Assembly (NCBI GenBank): GCA_002633005.1
Contig: NMRA01000514.1
Coordinates: 186,001-250,000 of the forward strand
Direction of reading: 5' to 3'
Length of the DNA: 64,000 bases
Source of the DNA: Phoronis australis
Lineage: Eukaryota; Animalia; Phoronida
Shown: positions 38,054-50,921 of the stretch, piece by piece
Numbering within the stretch: position 1 is the stretch's first letter
Layout of the letters: each line of letters starts with the position of its first letter
Notes under the pieces: generated by a model
Seen by the model: only the letters and a program-made list of their open reading frames with translations
Database searches by the model: none
Told to the model about the DNA's origin: nothing
Translations under genes and position numbers: made by a program

Positions 38054-39703
38054 TAGTGCCGGATTTAGACTTTGGGGGATCCGGGCTCTTCACGTTCGGG
38101 GGCCCACGATTTAACGACGTGGCTTAAGTAATATCTTAACATGCAAATTCTGCTTATGTACAGCACTGCTTTTCCTACAATCAAACAGACACACGCATCG
38201 GTTGTTGTTGGGTGAATTACTGTTGGGAAATATTTAACGTATCTGAAAACAAAATGCACGTTTTATAATATATATTATGTATTCAAGTTTTCCTGTCACA
38301 ACCAAATACATAGATTTGTACCAAACATTCAAAACCAGAAACTTCCAACTAATGAAAGTATAGAGGTAACGAGCACAGAGTCAATCAGCACCTCAGTTTC
38401 CACCTCGAGAACTCGTGTTGCGAGAAAGTTACGATGAAAAAGAACCTATTACAGGAAACACTGTACTTCTCTTCGCCATATTGTTTGATAATAAGTCAAC
38501 GTCAGCGGTTCTTTTAAGACGCTTGTCTTTACTTCTAGGAGACATAGCACCCTCAAGCTGTCATGTGCCATCTTTGTTCTTCGACAATTCTGTACTAGAG
38601 ACAGTTCTGCTGAATGGTCGCTCCGTTGAACAGCTCGTTGCTATTATACGCAGGTATATTCCTCTCTAGTCGAGGAACAGTATGACAGCAACGACAAGTT
38701 AATCCAATATCCCGCGTTTCTTTGTTCTTTTCCCTGGAATTCACCGACAACGTGAGTGCATTCCTTACAACGAAGATTAAATTTTAAACCATATTCTCAA
38801 TGGGCTTGGCACTATTCGTAGATTTTCATCTTCTTTTCAGTCTTTACGTGCAAATCTTTTACGCTGACCGCACGTCAAAGTACAACTAAAACAACATACC
38901 GTGGCTTTTGGCCGACTGCAAAGCCATTTTCAGAAGTGTGGCTCACCATTGTCACGACAAGTACAAAACATTGGGCTCTTAAAACATCGGCTATGTCCAT
39001 CTATCATCCCCGTGCATTCGCTTGATAATGGCTTCGACATTCGATACGAGTCAGATTTGTTTTTGTTTCTGCATGCTGCGGCTGATTTTGACAAAAAGAA
39101 ATCTACTTTTCTTTGACATGAAAGCAAGAGGCAGGAGCAGAATCAATTGTCACCTCTGAAGTATACAGTATCCACTGCACAGTACACTTCATCACTTGAC
39201 TTTGTGCACTTGCAGTCAGAACTTTCTCTTGGGAGTTCAGAGTAGTCTTCAGTTGTAGAATCCTTCACAGCTTCCTTGCCTTCTGGTTTTCAAATTGGGA
39301 AAAGGCTATGAGTCGTGGTAGTTTGCACAGAGCAGCTGCGTATTCATTCCTTTGGAAAGTTTTCTCATCTACGCCCTGGATAGCGGAGTTGACGTGCGTT
39401 CCTTCCTGGCAGTGGCAGCAACGAGATTGTTTGTTGTTTCTCAACCTTGTGTGAACAATTTGCACGCGCAGGACCACCCAGTAACAAAAGGATTGGTCAG
39501 CGTTGAAACAGTTGGGTCACAAAAAGGTGCAGTGGCTCATTTTTGGAATAGGGGCTCCCTGACGTTGGAGCCCTTTATGTCGTGGTGAAGATCTATGGAA
39601 TCTTATATCTGCATTGATTTTTAAGTATTTTTAGTTCAAAAGGGGTCCCTCTAGAAGGGGGGCGGAGCAATTGCCCCCTTTACCCCCTAAAAATCCAGCA
39701 GTA
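38054..39703. mobile_element. Non-autonomous hAT element with non-transposase cargo
   Basis: TIRs TAGTGCCGGATTT / AAATCCAGCAGTA (2 mismatches), flanked by a perfect 8-bp TSD ATTACGAC (38046-38053 and 39704-39711). Confidence 0.8.
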
Positions 39704-39757
39704 ATTACGACAACATAGACCCGAACGACGGCGTTCAGAAAAACGTATTTCAACTGA

Positions 39758-42554
39758 TAGTCAGGTTTGTTGTGTCATTTTGTTGGAATTTTTTGGGGGA
39801 AAGTAGAGACTATACATTTTAGGAAACCTCATGGAATGACAAATCAAAAAATAATTTATTCCATTTTGGTGGCCATCTTGGCGGCCATCTTGGATTTTTA
39901 AAAAGGGCGCCCGTAAAATAAATTTTTCTCAGTATCTTTGCTCTTGGGTCACTTAGAATGTTAGTTTTAAAGTCTGCACCCACATTTTTGTGGTAAAGAA
40001 ATCTGAAAAAGCAACTTATTAACCCCATTTATTAGCAGCCATATTTCTAAACGCATTCTTCATGTAATCCAACACATATGATCACTATCTTACTTTCTTG
40101 TATATTTTGTTCGAAGCTTGTTTCCCTCAAGACACTTAAATTAAACCAGTATCTAAACAACTTATTTACGTTTGCAGAACATGAAAGTATGTTTTTGTAG
40201 TGTCAATAGCCTTTCAAAACTTTCAAATCAGTCTATAGACCATTACTATCCCCATCACTGCCATCACTGTCACCAGGAATCACATAATCATCACCATTCT
40301 GACATTCTGCACTACACTGACATGGATCTGTGTAAGGTAGGTCCTTTGATCGGCAAGAGCATCTTTGGGAACTTTTTTGCTCTGGCGTCTAACCATTTCG
40401 ATGATGGCCTTTGGCGCCGGAAGCTCGTCAGTTGTGAGGGTATCAGCCGGTCATCTTTGTCCTTGTAAATTCATTCTGCAATGGGTCAAGGAACTCATGG
40501 CCCTGTGGTGAGTATGCAGCACATGTAAAAGGGGGCTAATCTCAAAAAAGGTTCACCTGTTGCTTCATAAGCAGTACAAAAAGTCCGCAATGCATTGATA
40601 TCATCAGTGTTTGCCTTCAAATATATATTCAACCTACAGAATGGACCAGTGTTGTCTGTCCATGTAAAAGCATGGAAAACCGGAAGAGCCTTTGCCCGGA
40701 CAGCACCTAGTGTTGTCCATACTGGATCCCAGATGCCATGGGGACTGAAGTATTTCTGAGAAGCCTGTCATAATAGGCAATGGCGAGTACCAGTAAATCT
40801 GTGTCGGGTAAAAAAAACATCAGCTGAAAATCAGGGACGTTTTGATGTGATGCCAAAACTGAATGATGTATTAGCAATATATGTGCTTGTTCCTGATTGT
40901 TTTCTTCTAAGCGTAGATCACGTCGGTTGCTCTTTGTGCATACTGAAGCTGAAGTAATGGCTATCTCGTCAGAGTCTTTGCTATATTCAAGTGTTTTTGT
41001 AGACAGATATTCAGTAATTTGCGCCTTTTTTGGTCTTGGGAGAGGAAACGGATCATTGGGATGTTCTGTATGCAAGTCTCATCTCTTATCTGGTACTGCA
41101 CTTGGCCCTTTCTTTGCCTCCTTTTTTCTCTTGTAGCTGGTTTCAAAGAGTTGTCTTTGTGGGTGTCAACAACCAGAATGATATCGTCATAATCTCCAGT
41201 TAAGAACATCACTTCAATACTATACACACAATGCAGTTTTGTGGCTTGGGTGAACACACTCAGTGGATGCTGTTTACATGTTTTCTGGATCTAAAACCTC
41301 TCTTGCAGCGGACTGTCCTGTTATAAGACGTCTGCTTCGGAAAGTTTCAGCAGAAGGTGGATTCGATTCGACTTGTCTGTGCATGGCAGTACTGCCCCAC
41401 TGGCAGCAAAGATTGCTCTTGGTGTTAGGGTGAATTCATAGTGGCTGATAACATGTTTCTGGTCGATTTGCCTACAGCTGGTCACCCAGTACTGTAGCTG
41501 GATTGCCATGGGTGAGTAGATTATGTCTAGTTGTTGCTGTGCCAAAGAAGTCGGCTTCTATCCAGGCATCATCTATGCCAGAAATCTCTATGGACGTCCG
41601 AAGAGCTCTCAGAGATGCCATTACAGCATGCAATTCACCAAGTCTTGGGTTCACTGTTTGTTCAGGTCTGGTATCTAGGAACTGCACAACCCTCTGGTAT
41701 AGACACACGTCACATGAAGTGACAGTTGGATGAGCTTTGTCAACAAACAGCCTCCTCAACTGGCTCGTCTGCATAACAACTGTTAGCAGGGTCGATCACT
41801 CATGGGCCACCTCTGGAAAAAGTGATAAGGGGCCAAGCTCAGTGAAAGACTGGCTTGTAGGGATCAGTGAGTTGTAGCCCGCCCAGCAGGCTACAACTTC
41901 TGTTGTTCTCGTCATTGATCCTCAGCCTGGTTACTGCCAAAATTACCTGCCATCCGACTGTCAAAGGCAAAATGTATTTACATTGAGTAGAAGAGAGCTG
42001 GTTTCCAAAGTGAACAGGGGAAATAATATCGAAATCTTCAAAGATATGTCTCAAATGCCTTTTCAAAAAAATGTAGATATACATGTATACTGTAAATAAA
42101 GGTTAATCTGCGTTACTGGGATTCCTGTAAATATTCTGAGGGTTTGTAGCTGCTATTAAAAATCATTTAGATTATATGCATTATTTTAGAAATAGTGTTT
42201 TCAATTCCTTACCCCCAAAAATGCGGGTGCAGACATTAAAACTAACATTCTAAGTGACCCAAGAGCAGAGAAATTCCAAGATAGCCGCCAAGAAAATTAA
42301 AATTTCCAATTCATTGACTTCAGAACTGCAGGTGTAGCCATAAAAACTGAGTTAAACATTCTCAGTGACCAAGGGCGGATATTTTACCGGCGCCATTTTT
42401 GAAAATCCAAGATGGCCGCCAAGATGGTCACCAGAAAAATGAAATAAATTATTTTCTGATTTGTCATTCCATAAGGTTTCCTAAAATGCATAGTTTCCAC
42501 TTTCCCCAAAAAAATTCAACGAATGTCAAAATTTGGACATAGTGACCCTGACTA
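39758..42554 (-). mobile_element. Internally deleted Academ-type DNA transposon
   Basis: Long (>250 bp) imperfect TIRs begin TAGTCAGG and end CCTGACTA, with a 3-bp TSD TGA. Minus-strand fragments read RLGELHAVMASLRAL..SGIDDAWIEA, NQEQAHILLIHH..PDTDLLVLAI and ALPVFHAFTWTD. Confidence 0.8.
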
Positions 42555-42808
42555 TGATCTGCGGCAGCCTAATGCAGTGCTAAAATCAGCCACTACCAGC
42601 TGACACTTTGTTGGTTTCTTATAATGTATAAGATCATGTTGAAACTTTTCATTTAGACGATTTACCATAAGTGTTTCTTCTGAGCCGCCATAAGAGCAAT
42701 GTGTATAATTCGATTTTCGTTTTCAGCCCTCTGTATTGGGCGAAATTCAAATTTACGCAATGATTACAATCTAGTCTGAAACTAATTTAGTAGTACACGT
42801 CAATATTT

Positions 42809-43422
42809 TTACAAGGTGACATCGATGGCCGAGCAACTGGTAGCTTGAAGAGTTGCAAAACACGTCAAGAATGAAACTGTTAAGACAAGTACATTTGCAG
42901 TGTTCAAGGACGCCGAGCCATGGGTTGTTGACTGAGTCTTCATTGACGTTGTCTGTTCCAATGTGGTTGTCATAGCGACAGACGTTGTGACAGGTGGCGC
43001 TGATTCCGTTATTGTTGTGGCAATCGTGTAAGTGGCGGGCGAGGTTGATAAGGACGTGGTCGGTGAAACCACTGTACACTGGCCGATTTTCACGTCGTCT
43101 ATGGCAATCACTGCGTTTTTTATTCTCGCCGTGGCTGCAAATACAAGCTGTTGTTTTGCTTCGGCGAAAATCGGCACATTCCGGGCATGTTGCCACTCGT
43201 TTTTCATATCCTCACCTCCTTTGCTGAAGACGCTTTGTCCACTTTGGGTCACAACGAGCGTTAATGGATCTTCAACTTCGCTGGCGTTGCTGGTGTTGTA
43301 GAGGAAGTAATAGAAATCGACGCACCAGTTTGACCGACCGATGATCGGGTTAGAAACGACCAGAGCATCGTATGAAGTTTCCGGTAATGTGGTTTCGACA
43401 ATCTCGAATAGGAGGACATACC
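42809..43422 (-). CDS. MAM gene last exon: end of MAM3, Thr/Ser stalk, hydrophobic tail
   Basis: WCVDFYYF..WQHARNV..VIAIDDVKIGQC..SPTTSLSTS..NVLVLTVSFLTCFATL. Confidence 0.85.
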
Positions 43423-46400
43423 CTGTAAAACAGTAAAAACAGTAATGTCATCTCGAAATAGATACAATAACTAAAAATAGATAGATAAAAATAAAATTCA
43501 AATTTACTCCGCTAACTGCAAGTCGGTACGTTAGACTAAGTCAGAGTCCTTTTTACATGACGAAGTGCCTGCCATTACCAACCTGGTCCAATTTCGTTCT
43601 TGGAATGTCTGAAGCATTCTTTCAGTGATGAAACAAGCTGGAACGAGCGGAACGTCACAACTTTCACCAGAAGACTGGAGAGATCGAATTAACTACTCAA
43701 TAAACGAAGCACTGTTTTCTTGCAAGAGTAAAATCTTACCAGTCGAACAATAACAATGTCATAACAGCTAACACAAGAGCGTTATCTGGCCAAAAACATG
43801 ATTTGAATGCAACGCCATCCATTCAGTTCTTACTCAGATTGCACAACGCTTCGTAAGTTCTTCCATTAAGTTTTCCCGATTTTGAGGTCCTGCTGCATGA
43901 GAACTAAATGTGTGTGATGGAGACGCGCTTCCCCATGGCTGCATTCTTTAGACAAGAATTTTGCGAGTGGCTAGTGTGCGTGGCGATATCTTGCGTGGTC
44001 TTCCGTTCTTGCTAGATTCTTGCGTCAACTAAACGCAATCCTGTATCGGCACAAGGTGGCCACTGGTCTGAATCGTATCGATGAGGGACACTTCCGGTGT
44101 AAGAAAAATATGCCACATTGACTAAAGACGTCTTCAAATGGGCCTTTCGAGGGTCATGTCGATTGCCATATACATTCCATGTGAAGCAGCCTATAAGTTA
44201 GTAAACTGTTCGAAATGAAGCCTGAGACCCGTTCCAACAAAACTGACTTAGCTAAGACAAATCCTAAATTTTAGTAAATTTTAAAATTAAAGTTAAATTT
44301 GTCTCAAAACCAATTCAAAAAGAGATCTTAAGTTTGAATTAACTGTGTGACGTTAGTTTTGTCTTAAATTTCACTAACTAACAGAATGTGGAAGTTTCAA
44401 AGTGCGTAATTTAAGACAAATCTTTAACTTAAGTCAAAAATGAACTTAAGTCAGTTTCTTGGAACAGGCCCCTGGTCTACAGTCGCACGCTTTCCGCTGT
44501 AGGTTGTCGCAGACGTTGTTTACTACGGCTCATTGCGGGAAATAGACTATACTACTAAGATCGCCAATTCAGTTAATTTTCAATAGACAAAATCTGTGAT
44601 CGTGTCCACAAAGTGCGAACAACATTGTTATTGGCCGAGAAGCCGCTATTCACTAGCTACGCCAACCTCCCGTTCAGTAACGCTAGGGCCTCGCTAAAAA
44701 GCAAGACTTCGCGAGATTACGTGAGATATTGCCGTGCATTTTAAATAAGAACACGTGACTTTGACTAGGTTTTAGCTAGGTACTAGCGTAGGTCCTAGCG
44801 TCTACTGAACGAACGCCAGGCGTGCGTTCAGTAGACGCTAGGACCTACATGTACGCTAGGACCTAGCTAAAACCTAGTCAAAGTCACGTGCTCCCATTTA
44901 AAATGCACGACAATACCTCACGTAATCTCGCGAAGTCTTGCTTTTAAGCGAGGTCCTAGAGTTACTGAACGGAAGGCTGGTTTGAGTCTCGGTTTTACTT
45001 CCGGCAAGTAAGTCGTCTGCTCACTAAGTGGTGCCTCTTCTAGGAATTCCATATGAAAATATTGTCTACGATCTGTGGTGCGGGAGTCTCTGAGAAGACA
45101 GCAGTTCTTACAACCAGGATTCATGTGCACTTAGACAGTCGCAACTTATGTACTAACCTGGTGTTGGATGCCCGGCAGACGGCAGGCTTGTGTTGGTGGC
45201 ATTCACTCGGCGCCAGGTGGCGGTGTGATCGATTTGACTCTGTAGGCCACACATTGAGTGCTCGAAGTCGCAATCCATTTCATATAGAAACCTAAAATCG
45301 AAAGCATATCGCTGAAGTTGTGTTTCGTAGCTAAAATTTTGAGTGGGCCTTTACAAGAATCCAAACCCGGTTTCGTCTATTAACATTTATTACAAACGGC
45401 TTTCTCATCTAGTTCTCTGAAACAAAAGAATGCTCTGCAACAACACTCAAATATTTCGAGCAAAGTTTAAATTTCCTTGAAAAATCTGTCAGGCAAATAT
45501 GACTTACCCGCCAAATTTAGGGAAAAGCCATTCATCAAGAATCATAACATCCCAACAGTGACAGAGAAAGCATGAGCTTTTATTTGAAACCTGCTTTTAC
45601 CATCCACGTGGAACGCAAATGGTGCATTACCATGTGATAGAACGAGGATTGGTTGAAATACCGAAAGCTCTGGCTTTGGTTTCATTTTAAGAGCTCTTTT
45701 CAGGGCATAAAATTGATATAAAGATTAGCTATGCAAAGCATGAGAGTAAAATATTTTTGGACCAATGCGATCCACTGAAAGTGGTCTAAAGCAGTCTTAT
45801 TCCATCGGCATTTTATTTTGCCCTCTACTTCAAAAGGAAATTACTCACAAAGACATACTTCTGATGTCTTCAACCTTACCCAATCATTCCTGGGTTTTGT
45901 TTTGTTTCGTGAACGTGGCTTAAGATTTAAGACAGAAAGTTGACCTTACGCACCTCAAAACTATTTCTGAAAAAATAATTAAAACCTCTTTTTAAATCAT
46001 TGTTTAATCATTTATTTTGACACCAGCGTTTTTCAACTATCATTCTAGCAGTGCGTTCTAGAAATAAGCGCTTACTTCTACTCAGCCACTATATGACGTC
46101 GTACCCAGACAACCAACTCGAGTATTAAATGGGATAAGCTGTGTGCCAGGCCTATATTCTATAACTGCCTGTACGCATGCGGAATATGAATAGGTTCACC
46201 TGTCCGCCATATTTGTTTTCTGCGGTGAATTTGTGACTGTCCAGAAACTTTTTCTTCGGATGACGTCAGCAGCTAGCAGAAAATGGTAACAAATTTGCCA
46301 CTATTGGACACAGCAGGCTGCGGTGTTATAAAGGTTCTTAAACGAATACCTTTCTGAGCGCACTTTTGCTTATTAGTATTAGTTCTTCAACGCGCTGTTA

Positions 46401-49400
46401 TGGTTCATAAAGGAATCAAAACCTTTCTGTACTTACTCAACAGGCAGAATTGCTTATCCGTTGTGTACTCATGATCACTTTATATATTCCAATCGCGTCC
46501 GTGCTCTCAAATCTCAAAATGGCGGAAGACTCTCAGATTGTTCAAGTGACCACGTAAATGATGGCACCGTTAGCTTTGGACTGAATGTAAACTTTTTTTG
46601 ACTGAACATAACGAATAACTAATTCAGAGCAGTGAATAAGCAGCACTACGTGTAAATTAAGCAACAGCGCGCGTTGAATAACAACAGAAAGAAAATCGTT
46701 TAAAAAATTGAGCGCGTTGCATTATCACGCGTTAAATAACTAACTCAGCGCCTTGATTACCCAGTACTACGCGTGAAGCAAACGCGTTGAAGAACAGCAG
46801 AAAGATATTCGTTTAAGAACCAATTTACCTCGTTGATTATTCAATTCTACCCGTTGCTTGAGCAAAAGTGCGTATTGAATAACTACATTTCATCGAGCAA
46901 AAACTATGAATCACTTAAAGGGTCATAGAGTGTGAAAAACAGACTAAATTGCACTACTGAAAGTGGTTCTCTACCACTGAAACAGTCAAACTGTTCACGA
47001 TTTGTTCGAAAAGTCTTTGAGTTCCTGGACGATTTGAGATGTATTTGGAGTACAGTGAACGGGAAATGTTGAAACAGTTGCTATGATATCAGTGGCTATC
47101 CACATAACCTCGGATATTGGAAGGATGGCTTAAGTAATTCAGTTCATTCCAAATATGGTAAACCCGCCAAATACGTTGCAAAATCTGATATTACTATACG
47201 TAGCAAGGTACACAGTGACGTCACTCGGAAGTAGGTGAACTTCGTATCGAATGAGCATAATTTCAAGTACATATATATTATTAGGGGGGGAGAAAACTGT
47301 ATTGGGATGAAAGAGTTTTTATTTCGTCTGTGTTTCAAAAATAGTGAGACTGACGATTTCATCTAGAAATTCTTGCAATATTCAAAGTGAATAACTCACT
47401 TTAGTATCCTCCAAGAAGCAAACTGGCCACGATCTGTTTAAAAGTTATTTTACGAGTTTTTGCGTGACATACCTGGCAAACTTGTTAATCTACAATCTAC
47501 AGCCTACACTGGGGCTATAGCATTAGATAGTGTTCTGCTTGACTGAGTTTGTGACATAACGCGTAGTTACCAAGATTGGTGAACCAGCTGATAGCAGTTG
47601 GAAATAGAGGAAAGTCAAGTGTCATCATGCAAGACTTAGCATGCGTTACAAGGAAAAACAAAATATCCTACCTAACAGATGGGTCGGGTACCTTCTTAAC
47701 AAATGGGCACATGTATACTCTCACGTCGTCAATGGCTACACGTACTCTCGTTCTCGGAAGTGACGTAACCACTGAAATGACCAATCTGAACTTTCCTGGT
47801 GTGGACAAGGGGAACACCAGACGAGTCCAACCAGCTTTGTTTCTGTTAAGCGTGGCATTGATAATTTCATCAAGATATTGTTCGCTGCTGTAGTTATAGA
47901 CATGTAGAGACCCCTGGCCGTACTGGTAGTAATAAAGTTCCGAGCAGTACGTATAGTTGTTGAAGGGCACATCAACGTCAAAAGTTACCAGCCAGCCATC
48001 TTTGTCTTCGCCCTGAGTGGAGTAGCTTTCTGCATAACTGTAGTAGCCTAAAACAAATTTAATTTTGTATGATAAAATATTTATTTAAACAAACTAAGCG
48101 TCATGGGCCTGGCGACTGATCAACAAGGTGAAAACTATGGGATTAGCCATCAACAAAGTTCTTGGATATCATATTTTTCTTTAATTCATATTTTTGCCAG
48201 ACGTGCCTTTCTTTATGGGTCCTTAACAAAAAATTATTCAGTGATCTTCATATTTTTTGTCAAGTTTGTTATAGACAAAGACCAAAATACAAGTACGAAC
48301 ATTTAAAAATTATTCAATCATAAATTAAACATGACTTCACGGCTTTTTCGCATACTGTGTCGAACCCCCCTTTGGTAGAAAGAAATTTTCACACAAGCTT
48401 TAAGTCCAACCTTGTCCCGAATTAAATGAGGCTCTTTCAACACATAGGAGGATTCTGGGGGGCAGGGGGCCGCTTCCGCCCCCTTGGCTGCAGCAGGCAA
48501 AATGAAGCGAGAAGAAATATTGAGTTCAGTAACTAGAACTGGTGGCTTAGACCCCAGACAGCGGCGGAATCGTGTCCCCGTTTACTTTTTCTTTGTAGTC
48601 CATCGATAGATTTCCTGAAGAGCTGGTGCCCGTTCGAACAAAACTGACTTAGCTAAGACAAATCTTACATTTCAGTAACTTTTAAGGTATAAGTTAAAGT
48701 TGTCTGAAAACCAATTCAAGAAAGAGATTTTAAGTTTGATTTAAGTGTTTGACATAAGTTTCGTCTTAATTTTGACTAACTTACCAATTGTGGAAGTTTC
48801 AAAGTTTGGAATTTAAGACAAATCTTAAACTTAAATCAAAAATTAACTTAAGTCAGTTTCTTGAAACAGGCCCATGGTCCACATCGCCAGTCCCTCGCAA
48901 CTTTCAGGCCGCCTGTGTACATGCAATCACGCTTTGCCCGATTTCCCAAGGCAACATATTGCCCACCCCCTCCCCCTTATGGTATGATATATCCGCCACT
49001 GCAAAATGTCATCATGTTAAAGCAACAGATGTTAGTATACGAACTTCATATGTTTAGTTTTTGAATTACGTCACAGCTGAATTGCATTGAGTTTTTTATA
49101 CATGTTTAATCGTTTCGATGACCGTTTTATAGGAATGTGAATATAACTTGGTCCAATGATCCTTACCTTCATACAGGTCTAAGCAAGGTCAGAACCTATG
49201 TTAATAGCTGTGCATCTTAGAGATGTTCTCGTGAGAATGTAAGGTTGAATTACCTTTCGCTGTTCCCGTTGTGTGGTCAACCATGGGTCTGCTTTCATCC
49301 TCTTTGTGCGCTTGACCAGCCTCAGACCAGGTCCAGTCAAAGTCATTGAAGCGATCATTTGTGAACATGCAGCTACTACCTTCAAAATCACAGCGTAACA

Positions 49401-50921
49401 ACGGTTCTGCTGGTGGTGACGGCCACGATCCATTTTTCTCGCATCCAAAAAGTCGAATGTCGTCAATTGCGACAACCCCGTTGTCAAGGGATACGTTGGC
49501 ACGCACGTGTATTGAATAAGTGTCTTCCGGAAGTTCCATAATTGCTCTTTGCCACACTGTTCTGTTTGGGGCGCTCAAATTGAGCCATGTCTCGTGCAAT
49601 GTTCCAGCGTCCAGTGTTACTGTCAAAGCGTGGAATCCACTACCATTAGTGAAATGGTAGAACTCGAAACATTTAGACTTATTTTCGAAATTCACTTCAG
49701 AAGTAAACACTGAAGCTTCGATATTGGATCCGTTGAGGTACAGAAAATGTCCTGAAATAAGTACCAGTGTCAGTCATTATTCTCATTCAGTCATGCAAGC
49801 TTAGAAAGCGTGACGCTTCATATGTCAAGCTATTCTGTGTCAACAGTGTTTCTTAACTTAATCATTACCTCTCTGTCTCTTGTCTGTTTCAGAAGACAAA
49901 AATCATTTGTTCAAGAAAACGTAAACATGAATCCATCTGAGAGAGGAAGTAGTTCCTCTGTTAAATTATTTTCTGATAAATCCTTCTAAAGATACGTCAT
50001 CTGGGAAGTTTCGAGGCAAGTTGTTTTGCAAATTTGACATGCAAGTGTACAGAAAGTCTTCTCGCGATATTGTTTCACACGTGAGCTCGTGTACATGTTG
50101 GATTTACTAGCAGCTCACGATAAAAAAATGGCCGCTACTAAAAGAGAAAACGGCTAGGCCGGAAGTGTTGAATTGTGGGAGTACACTTGTCCTCACGGTA
50201 TGAGTCGAGATTCATGTAACAATTAGACGCTGCCGAAGGATTTACTTTAAGCGCAACCATGAACTCTGTATTGCCTACTCACCCGACGCATTCCGGTACG
50301 TGTGATCTACAGATGGCATGTATCGGCTCTGTCCTGCAGTCGCGTTTCCTTTTGTGACAATCCAGAACCTGTCCCACTCAATCCACTCACAGGATGATTC
50401 AAAATCACATTTCAAGTCTCCCGGCTGATACGCAGAAGAGCTCGCTAAAAAGAGCAAGAATTTTCACTCATGTCGTGTATGAAGTGTATTTTCAATTGTT
50501 ACGTGTTTATCTGTGTATGAATACATTTCATATTCACTTTATTCAATGCCAAAGCACAACTGTCACATGGGCTAATTGATTCCTACAACTTGACAGGTTA
50601 GAGATATGTACACAGAGTGACACACATATTTCAAACAATCTTTATATCTAGATGAATAACCTGGTTAGATAAAAATCTCTTTAAGACAATAATGTAGGCT
50701 TTCATGTATAGGTCCAACGTATTTCTACGTTAATATTGATTTGCATTTGGACTTAACGGTGGCTGATATACTAAAATCTCCTAATACATTGCTATTGCGT
50801 AAGCTTTCTTACACTTTAAAATATAAGTGTTCGTACTCTTGCATAGCTTTTGTGTTATGCTTTACAAACCTTGGAGTGCAGTAAGTCCTGCAAGAAGAGT
50901 GAGAGAAAGCAGTTCATCCAT
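42809..50921 (-). CDS. Whole gene: three-MAM-domain cell-surface protein with S/T-rich stalk and GPI-signal-like C-terminus (6 coding exons)
   Basis: Exons 50921-50870, 50444-50283, 49751-49254, 48047-47672, 45291-45158 and 43422-42809 join in frame (phases 1,1,1,2,1), giving three CDFE...IAIDD(I/V) units. Confidence 0.85.
44225..44471. mobile_element. MITE family A, copy 2 (opposite orientation)
   Basis: Homologous to 13952-14190; flanked by CTG on both sides (3-bp TSD). Confidence 0.8.
44662..44980. mobile_element. ~320-bp fold-back (palindromic) MITE
   Basis: Arms of about 150 bp are near-perfect inverted repeats centred near 44815. Confidence 0.85.
45158..45291 (-). CDS. MAM gene exon 5
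   Basis: FLYEMDCDFEHSMCGLQSQIDHTATWRRVNAT. Confidence 0.85.
47672..48047 (-). CDS. MAM gene exon 4
   Basis: GYYSYAES..YCSELYYYQYGQGSLHVY..GWTRLVFPL..VAIDDVRVYMC. Confidence 0.9.
48626..48873. mobile_element. MITE family A, copy 3
   Basis: Homologous to 13952-14190 and 44225-44471. Confidence 0.8.
49254..49751 (-). CDS. MAM gene exon 3
   Basis: GHFLYL..KCFEFYHF..VVAIDDIRLFGC..CDFEGSSCMF..DFDW..PMVDHTTGTAKG. Confidence 0.9.
50283..50444 (-). CDS. MAM gene exon 2
   Basis: LKCDFESSCEW..MPSVDHTYRNASG. Confidence 0.9.
50870..50921 (-). CDS. MAM gene first coding exon: signal peptide MDELLSLTLLAGLTALQ
   Basis: Hydrophobic peptide; phase-1 donor G|GTTTGT fits the next exon (ASSSAYQ). Confidence 0.7.

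Noticed and set aside
46620-46880. Diverged GCGCGTTGAATAACAACAG repeats
   Set aside because: A degenerate minisatellite with no termini or structure to support a further call.
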